DNA from: Cyanophyceae cyanobacterium
GTDB taxonomy: Bacteria; Cyanobacteriota; Cyanobacteriia; Cyanobacteriales; Laspinemataceae
Length of the DNA: 64,000 nucleotides
Assembly (NCBI GenBank): GCA_038321985.1
Contig: JBBQFN010000008.1
Span: 32,001-96,000, forward strand
Direction of reading: 5' to 3'
The notes under the pieces were generated by a model. That model worked only from the letters and a program-made list of their open reading frames with translations, was not told where the DNA came from and did no database searches. Of this stretch, positions 20,874 through 31,930 are shown one piece after another; position 1 is the first letter of the stretch, and every line of letters begins with the position of its first letter. The position numbers and the translations under genes are program-made.

Positions 20874-21842
20874 TCAAGGTTCGACCGGCAAAGGCTGGCC
20901 TTCTAATACGGGTAAACAGACTTGGGAGACCACTGGAGTACATCCGAGTAAGTGAACTGCCCGTTGAGCAAACTCTTGAGCGCAACCGCTCACCATAAAT
21001 TGTGTGGGAAGTGCCGGACGCGACTCTCGGAGTCCTAACATCTCCAACTCCCGCGCCGCAGCCGCCACCACATGAACAGCGGGATCCACCAACTGCACGG
21101 AGCTAGGCAAAATACTCTTGAAAACCGGAGCTAAAAGTGGATAGTGGGTGCAGCCATAAACTAAAGTATCGATTTGCTGCTCTTGTAAAGGGGCCAAATA
21201 TTCCCGTGCCACCTCCATCGTATAAGGGTCATTAATCAGGTTGCCTTCAATTAACGGCACGAACTCCGGACAACCCACTTGCCAAACCCGTGACTCTGAA
21301 TTCAGGGCTTGAATCGCACGCCGGTAGGCATTACTTGCTGCCGTTGCCGGGGTCGCAATCACTCCAATCCGCCGACCTTGACTAACCGCAGCCCGAGCAC
21401 CGGGTAAAATGACACCTAAAATCGGAAAGGGAAACTCTGATTGCACCATTTCCAGGGCTAGGGCGGAACTGGTATTGCAGGCCATGATTACCATTTTGAT
21501 ATTCCGTGGCATCATCCAGTGGAGAATCTCGCGCACAAATTGCACAATTTCTGCTTGAGAACGGGTGCCATAAGGAAGACGAGCGGTATCCCCAAAATAG
21601 AGAATGGATTCCTGGGGAAGCTGGCGGTAGAGTTCTCGCAAGACAGTCAAGCCCCCCAGCCCACTGTCAAAAACCCCAATTCTAGGCCGCAGGTGGTTAC
21701 CATCAGCCCCAGGGGGATAGGGTGGGGAACCAGGGATGGAATTGGAGAGATACTCAGAGCCAGTGTTACGGACAAACGCCTCGCTTTGTCCTTGACAATC
21801 GTCGTATAAGGGACTCAGGTCAGACTCAAAAAAGTTAGACAC
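20874..21842 (-). CDS. murI: Glutamate racemase
   Basis: IGVFDSGLGGLTV, ACNTSS and GCTHYP motifs; the true start may be internal. Confidence 0.96.
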   Translation of the reverse strand: MSNFFESDLSPLYDDCQGQSEAFVRNTGSEYLSNSIPGSPPYPPGADGNHLRPRIGVFDSGLGGLTVLRELYRQLPQESILYFGDTARLPYGTRSQAEIVQFVREILHWMMPRNIKMVIMACNTSSALALEMVQSEFPFPILGVILPGARAAVSQGRRIGVIATPATAASNAYRRAIQALNSESRVWQVGCPEFVPLIEGNLINDPYTMEVAREYLAPLQEQQIDTLVYGCTHYPLLAPVFKSILPSSVQLVDPAVHVVAAAARELEMLGLRESRPALPTQFMVSGCAQEFAQRAVHLLGCTPVVSQVCLPVLEGQPLPVEP

Positions 21843-21939
21843 GGGTGGTTGATTTGCGCGAAGTGTATGGGTTAGAAATCAGCAGTCATCGACCCCAATT
21901 CGGGAATCTTCAGAGAAAGATTTCCGATGATGAGGGGGA

Positions 21940-23727
21940 CTAGGGATTTTGAAGGTATTGTAAAACACCTCGCGCGATCGCCTGAGCTAATTGCGTCCGG
22001 TATGCTGCATTTGCCAGTCGCGGTGCATCTTCGGCACCTGTGACAAAACCGACCTCCAGTAACACCGCAGGCATTGAGGTATGGCGCAAGACATAAAATC
22101 TAGATTGCCGCACCCGGCGATCGCGAGCGCCCGTCCCTTGCAGAAGACTGTTATGAATGGTTTGCGCCAGACGCTCACCACTGGCATAATAATAAGTCTC
22201 GATACCGTTGACATCGGGGCGACTCATGTCAATAGCATTGGCGTGGATGCTGACGAAAATATCGGCATTGACCCGGTTCGCCAACTGAACCCGAGGCGCT
22301 AACTCGATTTCCCGGTCATCCTGACGACTCATGACAGCTTGGACGCCATTTTGTTCTAAAATCGTTGCCACCTGTCGGGAAATGTCCATAACAATTTCCT
22401 TTTCTTGGATCCCACCAATGCCCACCGCGCCGGGGTCCCCACCACCATGTCCAGGATCGATCACTACCACTCGTCGCCCATCTCTAGCTCGCATGGGAGA
22501 CGGCGAAGGGTAACTCATGGGCGCAGGGGGGGTGGAAGCCGAAACCCTGGAGTTGGGGGCCGCACCTACGCTACCGGGGGGTTGTAAGGTAAGGGATAGC
22601 AGTTGGGGGCTGGGTTGGGTTAAAGAGCCGATTCGCACCCCTGCGGCGGGTTGCACCAGGATTGCCACAGTTTGGGGGTCTTCTTGCTGCAATTTTACCC
22701 ATAAAAAAGCACCCCGATTTGAAGACCTAGGGGGTTGTACCCCGGGGGCTAACTGGGCCGAGGGAATCACGATTCGATAGGCTCCGGAAGCCCGATCCCA
22801 TTCGCTAGTGTAGGTGAAGGGTTGATTAGACTTGATTAAAATTTGGGACCCATCTTGTTGCAGTTCAATGCTTTCAATGGTGACCATGCGATCGCTACTG
22901 GGGTTCGGCGACATCGAGACAGGTCCCGAACCGACCCTAGGACCTTGAGAACTGGGCAGAACTACTACCCCACCGAGGTTACTGGGGGTAACCTGCCAAT
23001 TGGTGCTAGTATCCGTTAAAACAAACGTCACCCGCACTCCCGGGGTTGAGGCATCCAAAGGCCGGACGCTCATCCGAGCCACCCCGTGGCGATCAAGCAG
23101 TTGGTCTCGTGACCCCATATTCGGGGAGATTGTAGCTCCCGGGATGTCCACATATAACGAGCGATCGCTACTGCGCTCCATTTTAACTTGAGGCTGCCCC
23201 CCTCGGGTCCGGATAAAGAATCCATCCGGCGTCACCTGAACATTTTCGATTTGAACTCCGCTAGGAGATTGAGCCCCGGGAGCGGCAGCCAAAGGCCCAC
23301 TCGATGCCGCCCCAACCCGTTGGGGTGTTGGCAACTCAACGGTCCATTCCGTCGGACTTAATCCCCGAAACTGCACCTGTTGCGGATCAAGGGTATAGCC
23401 CGGGCTTAATTCAATGACTAAGCGAGTGGTATCCGACTCAAACTGTCCTACCCGAATTGACTCGAAACCTGAACTGCCTACAGGTTGAGTCACTGCTTGA
23501 CGATCCAGGGTTGTACCGGGCAAATCAATAACAAGGCGTGTGGGATTGGCGATTAATTGCGCCTTGGGTTGAACCCCTCCAGCCGTCGTAAAGTGCAGGC
23601 GGTTTTGAGCCGTATCAAAACGCCAATATTCTAGTCGGGCTGCTTGTGCGGGAGCCGATAGCAGTAAAACGGCGGTTGCCGTTGGTAGTAACCAAGAAAA
23701 TATTTGTGGTTTCACCCAATTTCTCAT
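21940..23727 (-). CDS. amiC: N-acetylmuramoyl-L-alanine amidase with AMIN domains
   Basis: Signal peptide, AMIN-type RLVID repeats, VIDPGHGG, FVSIHAN and LLEVGF motifs. Confidence 0.95.
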   Translation of the reverse strand: MRNWVKPQIFSWLLPTATAVLLLSAPAQAARLEYWRFDTAQNRLHFTTAGGVQPKAQLIANPTRLVIDLPGTTLDRQAVTQPVGSSGFESIRVGQFESDTTRLVIELSPGYTLDPQQVQFRGLSPTEWTVELPTPQRVGAASSGPLAAAPGAQSPSGVQIENVQVTPDGFFIRTRGGQPQVKMERSSDRSLYVDIPGATISPNMGSRDQLLDRHGVARMSVRPLDASTPGVRVTFVLTDTSTNWQVTPSNLGGVVVLPSSQGPRVGSGPVSMSPNPSSDRMVTIESIELQQDGSQILIKSNQPFTYTSEWDRASGAYRIVIPSAQLAPGVQPPRSSNRGAFLWVKLQQEDPQTVAILVQPAAGVRIGSLTQPSPQLLSLTLQPPGSVGAAPNSRVSASTPPAPMSYPSPSPMRARDGRRVVVIDPGHGGGDPGAVGIGGIQEKEIVMDISRQVATILEQNGVQAVMSRQDDREIELAPRVQLANRVNADIFVSIHANAIDMSRPDVNGIETYYYASGERLAQTIHNSLLQGTGARDRRVRQSRFYVLRHTSMPAVLLEVGFVTGAEDAPRLANAAYRTQLAQAIARGVLQYLQNP

Positions 23728-24803
23728 AATGGAAATGTTGTGTTTGCGGATAGTACAGCCATAACGGTTAACAGGAGATTTGATGAACCAGTCGCCATCT
23801 AGCGCCCTCCCACGGGTTATAAGCCTTAGTTTATTAACATAATCTTAAGACTGGCTTGAACGATATCATGTTCTGCTTGGGAAACGTGGAAGTTTTGTCC
23901 CCATCAAGCGTAACTTACCCTCCTGTCTATGTTTTCTTTAAAGAAACCGCTTTGAGGGACCAACGCCCGACTCAACCCCTTCATTGTTGAGGGAGGTAAT
24001 ACCCCCCTGGTCCAACTTTTCTTCTTTAGTCAAGGTGGTTCTGCCTGATCTAGAATTCTAACCACATCTCCTGAGTAAGTTATTATATCTAGCTAACGGG
24101 GAGATGCAAACCATTCTCATCGATTGTAGTTGATCTGGTGGAGTGGGTCCCGATTAAGTTAAGGGGTCAGTTCACTGCTCTGAGGAATGCCTTTAAAAAA
24201 ACGTTTAAGGGTAGATAACTTTTGAGGGCAAGGCTTTGAACCTCAAAAACTGTTGAAATCGCTCAGAAACAGTCCACTCTGTGAATGGGGATGCCCTCCT
24301 CAGAATTGAAAGCCCATTCGCGATCGCGCTATCCCCAGGTTGCCAACATTTTTCAGCGGACTAACCTGCTTCTCCGGATGCACTATCATGTGAGTGCCAA
24401 TTGCTTTCCTCCGGAAGAGTTTCTAGGGGTGGGGACTAGGGCGAGGGCATCCCTCAAACCAGTCACTTTTTCTTAAAATAGTTAGAGGAGTTCTTTAATG
24501 AAGTCACTTCTTTTTTTCAAGTGGGTGAAAGCCTGGGTTTTCGTTAACTGAATAGTTGAACGGGTTAGTAGTTATAAATAAGAGTTTTGAATTGAGTTAC
24601 AGGGAAATCGCACAAATCTATAGAGCGAGCCTAAATTATCATGAAACCAAAAGCTCCCACTCTCTAAAAGTTATCCATTTGATTTATAGGCCCTATCTTA
24701 AACAAAGAAGTCTGGGGATCGCCGTTACTTTTTAAATCTCAACTTCGGCCAACTCTGTGCTCTGTGTCCTGTTTCCCATTTTAGGGTGCTTCACAACAAA
24801 TTC

Positions 24804-25190
24804 ATGAAGTTTTCCTGTTCTTTTCAACCTTGCCAAATTGTCTGTTTAGAATATCACCAAACTTGCCTTTATGCAGAAGTTATTCAAATTGTGACAACTC
24901 GTCCAATGTTATGGTTGAGACCGCTACTGTTGGCAGTGGGTCCTGTCCTGAACCGTCCGCCATTTCCAGATGAATCTAGGGAGATTTACGATCTGCGCCA
25001 GGGTGCAGATCTAGTCTGGCCTCAAAGTTTATTCCGCTTGGCCCTTGATACGGAAGTGATTCCCTTATTGACGGAACTCCAAAGTTTTCCGACCCCAGAG
25101 CCGGGGTTCTGTGCGATCGCCCACGATCACCTACGAGCCTTCGTCCAACAGGTTTGGCAAGCTCACCCCGAAGCGTTTGAGGAGCATTAG
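24804..25190 (+). CDS. Conserved cyanobacterial hypothetical protein
   Basis: QIVCLE...LYAEVIQ...WLRPL...FRLALDTEVIPLL pattern; start uncertain (24786 or 24804). Confidence 0.75.
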   Translation: MKFSCSFQPCQIVCLEYHQTCLYAEVIQIVTTRPMLWLRPLLLAVGPVLNRPPFPDESREIYDLRQGADLVWPQSLFRLALDTEVIPLLTELQSFPTPEPGFCAIAHDHLRAFVQQVWQAHPEAFEEH

Positions 25191-25256
25191 CGATCGCCCT
25201 TCGGGTTCTAAGTAAAGAAGTCAACCGCGATCGCCCCCCACCCTACACCGGCCTTT

Positions 25257-26429
25257 TTATTGGTATCGAATTCCCGCATCTTTCATGCGGTGAATACCCT
25301 GCACAAGTCTTTCTTCGGGTAGGGTTAGGGCAATCCGAAAATACCCTTCCCCTGCCGCCCCATACCCGTTACCCGGTGGCACAATAATTCCACATTTTTC
25401 TAATAGCAAGGTTACAAATTCAGCAGAAGAATACCCAGGGGGAACGGGAGTCCAAACGTAGAGGGTGGCTTTTGGAGGTGAAATCGGCCAGCCTAGAGAT
25501 TGTAACCCCTGAATTAAAATATCGCGGCGTCTTTGATACACGGAAATCACCGATTGAAGTTCCTCTTCTGTGGTGGAAAAAGCGGCGATCGCTGCCCGTT
25601 GAATGGCCTTAAATACTCCAGAATCTACATTAGATTTGACCTGACGCAATCCCTGAATTCCTTTGGGATTCCCTACGGCAAAACCGATACGCCACCCGGT
25701 CATGTTATAAGCCTTAGATAAACTGTGAAATTCAATGGTGACATCCTTGGCACCGGGTATCTCTAAGACACTGGGGGGTTTATAACCGTCATAAGCCATT
25801 TCCGCATAAGCATGATCGTGACACAACAAAATCTCATGCTTGCGGCAAAAAGCGACTAATTTTTCAAAAAATTCTAATGAGGCGATCGCACCTGTAGGAT
25901 TGTTAGGATAATTAATCCACAACAATTTCGCTTGTCGTGCCACCTCTTGCGGAATCGCCTCCAAATCTGGCAAAAATCCCCGTTCTGGCGTCAGCGGCAT
26001 GACATACGGTTCACCACCCGCAAACAGGGTAGAGGAGTGATAAACGGGATAACCTGGATCCGGGATTAAGGTATAATCTCCCGGTTCAACAAAAGCTAAA
26101 AATGTATTATGAATGGCTTCTTTTGAGCCAATTGAAGACACAATTTCTTGGTCCGGGTCTAATTCTTTCACCCCAAACCGTTTCTCCATCCACTGTACCG
26201 CTGCTTCCCGGAACTCTTTCGTTCCCTGATACGGGGGATAGTTATGAGTCGCTGGATCTTCGATCGCCTCATGCATGGCCTGAAGGATATGTGCCGGAGT
26301 CGGTTTGTCCGGATCGCCCACCCCCATATTAATGATGTCAATCCCTTGGGCGATGAGTTCGTTGCGCTTGCGGTCAATCTCCGCAAATAGATAGGGAGGA
26401 ATTTTCTCTAAACGTTTGGCAAACTGCAT
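25257..26429 (-). CDS. PLP-dependent class I/II aminotransferase, LL-diaminopimelate aminotransferase-like
   Basis: PPYLFAEID, NYPNNPTG and FHSLSKAYNMTGWRIG motifs. Confidence 0.9.
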   Translation of the reverse strand: MQFAKRLEKIPPYLFAEIDRKRNELIAQGIDIINMGVGDPDKPTPAHILQAMHEAIEDPATHNYPPYQGTKEFREAAVQWMEKRFGVKELDPDQEIVSSIGSKEAIHNTFLAFVEPGDYTLIPDPGYPVYHSSTLFAGGEPYVMPLTPERGFLPDLEAIPQEVARQAKLLWINYPNNPTGAIASLEFFEKLVAFCRKHEILLCHDHAYAEMAYDGYKPPSVLEIPGAKDVTIEFHSLSKAYNMTGWRIGFAVGNPKGIQGLRQVKSNVDSGVFKAIQRAAIAAFSTTEEELQSVISVYQRRRDILIQGLQSLGWPISPPKATLYVWTPVPPGYSSAEFVTLLLEKCGIIVPPGNGYGAAGEGYFRIALTLPEERLVQGIHRMKDAGIRYQ

Positions 26430-26673
26430 GACGACGTGACAACCCGCTCCAGGTCAGCATAAAAAAACCTGAAGACAGTTTACCGCACTTTTTGATACCC
26501 TAAAGTTTCTTTTCTCCCGGGGGAAACAGTGGAGGACACAGTAGAAGCCCGATCAGGCGTTGCACCTGAGTAGACAGTCGGTTGGGGGATCCCATGCACC
26601 CTGATTGGGAGATTGCAACCGATTGAATGTTGTTTTTTTCAGGTTAGGTTGGGAGGCGATCTGGGGGGATGTT

Positions 26674-26901
26674 TTATCGACTGGCGACTAATTGAATCCG
26701 ACCCGCATCCATCTCTGCCATTAATAATTCTAGGGCTTCATAGTCTACATCATCAATATAACCCAGGCGGCTTAACTCAGAGTTGATACCATCTTCGATA
26801 TCTGGAGTTAACCGCTTGATATAGAGCGCTTTCTCTACCAGTTGACGAATCACTGCCGTACCTCGTATAGGTTGTTCGGGAGAACTCGATACACCTATCA
26901 T
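26674..26901 (-). CDS. Small conserved hypothetical protein
   Basis: IRQLVEKAL..KRLTP.IE...DYEALELLM pattern typical of small cyanobacterial proteins. Confidence 0.7.
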   Translation of the reverse strand: MIGVSSSPEQPIRGTAVIRQLVEKALYIKRLTPDIEDGINSELSRLGYIDDVDYEALELLMAEMDAGRIQLVASR

Positions 26902-27218
26902 TGTCTGCTGAATCTTGACTGAAGCGAGTGATAAGATGTAGCTCTCGTTTGTGATTTCGATCGCACAAGGAGCTGGCAGACTGTGATACTATTGCCCGGC
27001 TCTCAATTCTTCGTTCGTTTCAACGGTTACCCCAGAACCTTGAGTATAATTTAATACTTTTTATAATTTCTTAATGAAAACTTTATAAAACCCCGATTAA
27101 ATAAGAAGATTCAAAGAAATTACTCGGGATTTATAAAAGATTTTTAGCAACCTAGACTAGATTGTAAAGAGAAGATGTTAAATTGACAACAAAATTATCT
27201 TCAACTGAGGTTAAAAAA

Positions 27219-27554
27219 ATGCTTACTAATGTTGCTAGTCCCGAAATTAGCTTAGTTCAATTACAGGGGGAGTTCAATGCATCTAATGCGGCTGAACTTC
27301 AAACTCAACTGACGACGGTAGTCCAGTCTTCCATACCTTCTACAGTTCTAATTGATATGGAAAATGTGCTATTTATTGACAGTGCAGGTCTGATGGCTTT
27401 AGTTTCAGCGATGAGTCTGGCCAACAGGCTCAACCGCAGGTTTAGTTTGTGTGGAGTCTCTCCCTCGATTCGGATCATTTTTGAAATTACTCAACTCGAT
27501 CGCGTATTTGAGCTATTTGAAACCCGGGCAGAATTTGATGCCGTTATGAATTAG
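27219..27554 (+). CDS. STAS-domain anti-sigma factor antagonist
   Basis: LIDMENVLFIDSAGL and IFEITQLDRVF motifs; ATG after GAGG. Confidence 0.92.
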   Translation: MLTNVASPEISLVQLQGEFNASNAAELQTQLTTVVQSSIPSTVLIDMENVLFIDSAGLMALVSAMSLANRLNRRFSLCGVSPSIRIIFEITQLDRVFELFETRAEFDAVMN

Positions 27555-27630
27555 AGAAATACTGAAGATTTAAATCTATATCTGGCTTTGATTCACCTAA
27601 TTAAGGATGTTTACCCCGAATATAACTCGG

Positions 27631-27680
27631 AAAGGGCAAATTACTGGAATGCTTATAAAACCAGTAATTTGCCCTTTTTT
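27631..27680 (+). terminator. Rho-independent terminator after the STAS gene
   Basis: AAAGGGCAAATTACTGG / CCAGTAATTTGCCCTTT 17-bp arms followed by a T-tract. Confidence 0.75.
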
Positions 27681-28391
27681 CATGAAGATTTGAGCGTTAT
27701 TTCTTGATTGGTAGAGGGTGATAACGTCTAAACCTGTAGCTTTTAGAAGTTTTAAAAACTTTTAAGAATTATAGATGTGATCAGAGGCTAATTTTTTAAA
27801 ATGTCTGGCCTAAATTCTACCATTTTGGGCATTTAATTTTAGGGTGGAACAATTTTTATAAAAATAAAATTATTTAAGTTAGTCAGTTTTTATAAAATTA
27901 AAATCCAGTAGCCATCTATTTAAGATCCCTTAACTTTTTGTAATGTTTCTATAGCCGTACTTGAGCAGGGTAGCCCTAGTCTAAGGGAGTGGCTTGGCCT
28001 TAGCCTGTATGTCAGCGCTTGCCTTTCGCTCGATTAGGTTCGTATAGTCAGCGAGGAATATTAAGGAGGAAGACCCTCGCACTCCTAAACGCCAAGCCGG
28101 GGGTTACACTACGAAAATGCACTTTTAAATCTGGAATCAGATCTGTACCTCAGTCGCCTAAAAACCGCTATATCTACAATTTTAGATCGGATGGTCTAAT
28201 GTCTTCCAGTTACTAGGAACGCCGGATGAACGACAAGAAGTCGTTACTACTGGCATCTGTTCAACTTTAAGCCCTCAGCCTTCCCTACAACCGTATAAAA
28301 TAAAGAAGCTCGAATGGCGCATCAGTATTGACTTGATGTTAAGCGGCCCTGAGTAAGGGCATCGAGAACCATTAGAAAGTAGAGAGTTGCC

Positions 28392-31052
28392 GTGTCAGTT
28401 GCTGTAGAGAAACTCCTCACCCCAGAAATTTTACAACCCGCTCGTTATCTGGGTAATGAGTTGGGGGCGGTGCATAAACCTTGGGAGAGTGCCGCTGTAC
28501 GTTGGGTGCTCACTTATCCAGAAGTTTATGAGGTAGGAGCCTCAAATTTAGGGCATTTAATTCTATACAACATTTTGAATGCCCAACCGAGACAGCTTTG
28601 CGATCGCGCGTATTTACCAGGTGCTGACCTGGTTTTGAAACTGCGAGATACTCAGACTCCCTTATTTTCCGTGGAGTCGAAGCGATCGCTTCAGGAATTT
28701 GACATCCTCGGGTTCAGCCTTAGTTACGAACTTGGGGCGACGAATATCTTAGAAATGTTGGACTTAGGAGGCATTCCCCTAACTGCCCAAGAGCGCTCTA
28801 GTCCAGGTCCCTGGAACGTGGAAGCCGGAAGCTGGCCCCTGATTTTTGCCGGGGGTCAAACGGCCACCTCTAACCCCGAACCCTACGCCGAATTCTTCGA
28901 TTTTGTTGCCCTCGGAGATGGGGAAGAACTGCTTCCGGAAATTAGTTTAGTTTTACAAGAAGGTAAAGCTGCTGGGTTAACTCGGGAAGAATTGCTGTTT
29001 GATTTAGCTCAAGTTCCGGGGGTTTACGTTCCCCAGTTTTACGATATGGCGGAGGATGGATCCGTGCATCCCAACCGTCCGGGAGTGCCGAAGCGGGTAT
29101 TGCGACGGGTGGCAACCCCGATTCCTGCCTACTCCATCGGCTTAGTTCCTTACGTGGAAACGGTGCACGATCGCCTGACGATGGAAATTCGTCGCGGATG
29201 TACTCGCGGCTGTCGCTTCTGTCAACCGGGAATGCTTACCCGTCCCGCCCGAGATGTGGATCCAGAGCAAGTGATAGAGGCGATCGAAGCGGGAATGCGT
29301 GCCACCGGCTATGACGAATTTTCGCTTTTGTCCCTGAGTTGTTCCGACTACCTGGCATTGCCGGCGGTAGGCATGGAAATCAAAAACCGACTTAAGGACC
29401 AAAATATTTCCCTCTCTCTGCCGTCTCAGCGGGTCGATCGCTTTGATGAAAATATTGCGAATATCCTGGGTGGCAGCCGTACCAGTGGGCTGACTTTCGC
29501 GCCTGAAGCGGGAACCCAGCGAATGCGGGATATCATTAACAAAGGATTGACAAATGATGAATTGTGGCGGGGCATTAAAACCGCTTACGAACAGGGCTGG
29601 AATAAAGTCAAACTTTATTTTATGATCGGCTTACCTGGAGAAACCGACGCGGATGTTCTCGGAATTGCCGAAACGGTCCATTGGCTCCAGCAGGAGTGTC
29701 GTGCTTTAGGACAAAAGCGGTTAGAAGTCACGTTGACGATTTCTAACTTTACGCCGAAACCTCACACCCCGTTTCAGTGGCATTCCGTCTCTACGGCTGA
29801 ATTTTTACACAAGCAGAACCTACTGCGCCAGGAATTTCGCCGAATGCGAGGGGTGAAGGCCAATTTTACGGATGTACGAATCTCAGCGATGGAAGATTTT
29901 GTGGGCAGAGGCGATCGCCGTTTGGCCCCTGTAGTCCGTCGTGCCTGGGAACTCGGCGCTGGGATGGATTCGTGGTGGGAAAGTTTGGACCGAGCTTTTG
30001 GAGCCTGGACCCAGGCGATCGCGGAATCCGATTTAAGCTGGAAATACCGGCAAGTCGAAAATGGCGAATGGAACGTCATGGACGGCACGAACACGGACCC
30101 TTCGGCTTCGCTTAGGACAGGCTTAGAAGCTCGTCTCGATGCCCCTCTGCCCTGGGATGTTTTAGATACCGGAATTGATAAAAACTGGTTGAAAGAAGAT
30201 CTCAAGCTGGCACTGGCAGCAGCAACGGTTCCAGACTGTTCTTTTGACAGTTGCTCCCATTGCGGGGTTTGTGGGGTTGACTTTGGTCACAATGTTGTAG
30301 TGGCTCCCCTACCGATTCCTAAATTTGCCGGTCACTTTTCTCCTAATACCGATCGCGTTCAACGATTGCGCGTCTGGATGGGTAAACTGGGTGACATGGC
30401 ACTGGTGAGCCATCTCGATTGGCTCCGATTATTTGATCGCGCTGTGCGACGAGCAGATTTACCAGTCTCTTTCACCGGGGGATATCATCCGGGACCGCGA
30501 ATTTCACCGGCGAACGCCCTCACCCTGGGTTACACCTCGGAAAGCGAAATCGTAGATTTTGAACTGACTGAACTGATGGAGCCTAGAGAGTTTCAGGACA
30601 GGTTAAGCGCTCAACTTCCGGCAGATATGCCGATTTATCGGGTTGAGGAGGTCTCGCTAAAGGATCCTTCCGCAAGTCAACAACTAGACCGGGCCGAGTA
30701 TGTACTCAGACTAGGTTTAACCCCATCGGCAGAGCATGAAGCACCTCCGCAACCGGAAGACTGGCAACAGTGGATCGAGCAGATCCTCGTCTGTGAGGAA
30801 ATTGAATGGGAACATAAGAACAAAAAAGGGAAAGTCAAATCGGTAAATCTACGCGATCGCCTCTTTGAATTGGCACAAATCGAGGTGTCAACGGATGCCT
30901 CCACTTGCACCGTTCGCGTTCTCGGCAGTTGCCGTCACGATGGCACTCTGTTACGTCCCACTCATCTGCTTTATATGTTTGAAAACCAGGCAAAACGCGA
31001 GTTTGAGTTGTTGCACGCTCACCGAAAACAGTTGATTTTAGGTGAAATCTAA
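28392..31052 (+). CDS. B12-binding radical SAM protein (TIGR03960-type) fused to a DUF2344 domain
   Basis: RGCTRGCRFC CxxxCxxC motif; C-terminal SHLD..RLFDRAVRRA..GGYHP; upstream of rne as is usual. Confidence 0.92.
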   Translation: MSVAVEKLLTPEILQPARYLGNELGAVHKPWESAAVRWVLTYPEVYEVGASNLGHLILYNILNAQPRQLCDRAYLPGADLVLKLRDTQTPLFSVESKRSLQEFDILGFSLSYELGATNILEMLDLGGIPLTAQERSSPGPWNVEAGSWPLIFAGGQTATSNPEPYAEFFDFVALGDGEELLPEISLVLQEGKAAGLTREELLFDLAQVPGVYVPQFYDMAEDGSVHPNRPGVPKRVLRRVATPIPAYSIGLVPYVETVHDRLTMEIRRGCTRGCRFCQPGMLTRPARDVDPEQVIEAIEAGMRATGYDEFSLLSLSCSDYLALPAVGMEIKNRLKDQNISLSLPSQRVDRFDENIANILGGSRTSGLTFAPEAGTQRMRDIINKGLTNDELWRGIKTAYEQGWNKVKLYFMIGLPGETDADVLGIAETVHWLQQECRALGQKRLEVTLTISNFTPKPHTPFQWHSVSTAEFLHKQNLLRQEFRRMRGVKANFTDVRISAMEDFVGRGDRRLAPVVRRAWELGAGMDSWWESLDRAFGAWTQAIAESDLSWKYRQVENGEWNVMDGTNTDPSASLRTGLEARLDAPLPWDVLDTGIDKNWLKEDLKLALAAATVPDCSFDSCSHCGVCGVDFGHNVVVAPLPIPKFAGHFSPNTDRVQRLRVWMGKLGDMALVSHLDWLRLFDRAVRRADLPVSFTGGYHPGPRISPANALTLGYTSESEIVDFELTELMEPREFQDRLSAQLPADMPIYRVEEVSLKDPSASQQLDRAEYVLRLGLTPSAEHEAPPQPEDWQQWIEQILVCEEIEWEHKNKKGKVKSVNLRDRLFELAQIEVSTDASTCTVRVLGSCRHDGTLLRPTHLLYMFENQAKREFELLHAHRKQLILGEI

Positions 31053-31087
31053 AATCTATTTACCCCGTTGCTAGATTCTGCTAAAAT

Positions 31088-31930
31088 GTAAGCCGATGGC
31101 CCAACCCATCCCTACCCGAGACCAACCGAACTCGGTCTGTGAGAAAGTTTCCGGTTTCCTGCCGTAAACTCATCCCAATTGAGCTAACGGAGGGTAGAAA
31201 GTCGAGGGGCTTTTTGAAAGGGCCATCGCCATAGAGAGCATTCAATCAAGACAAACAGCCAAGGGACCTTTGAAACGGGTCAAGTTTCGAGAAAGCAACA
31301 GAGACAGAGCCGGTCGCTGTTCTCGTGTGGGACCCATCGGTTGTGATAGCCCCTTTGTGGCTAAGTGCGAAGCCATAAAGGGTAAATTTGTCAAGATTAA
31401 TTTCTGACTTTGTGTTCTCTATACAGTCACCACAGGATCTAAAGGGGCAATGACCTTGATGGTTGTGGCTGAACACAACGTAGAGGTGCGAACCTTTAGC
31501 AGTTTTACGACCCTAGCCGCAGATATGCCAAGCACGAGATGCTGGCAATCATTACCTGCCGCCAAAACTTTCAGAATTTAGATGTATTCTTTGCCAATTC
31601 GACCAGAGGGATTGGATACCTACTTTTTCGCAAGTGGGAATCCAAGTATTCTCCGAAGGTAGTCGGGATACCCTTTTCATCGTAGCTATTGATTTGATCG
31701 CGACTGTTGCGTGCCTCTGAGCGATAGCTCTAGCTTCTCCCCAACGGGAGATATCAAAGATTAATTTTCCGCCCTAGAAAATCAAGTTTCGTTTTTTCTA
31801 TAGCTACACATTTCAGCGGTCATCGGTCGTACTGGGCTTTTGATGCCACGAGCGAACCCAGAAAAAGTAGAGACTCGACATTTCAAGTCTCTGTTGGTGA
31901 TAGCTCATAGCCAAGTTTTGAGGAAATTGA
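31088..31930 (+). promoter_or_regulatory. Long structured 5' leader of rne
   Basis: Extended -10 TGcTAAAAT ending at 31087; several nested helices; no credible sense ORF. Confidence 0.6.

Noticed and set aside
26515..26640. Possible Yfr2-family sRNA (GGAAACA near 26522)
   Set aside because: Only one exact GGAAACA and no typical Yfr2 5' motif; the hairpins are explained as the 3' end or leader of the flanking minus-strand genes.
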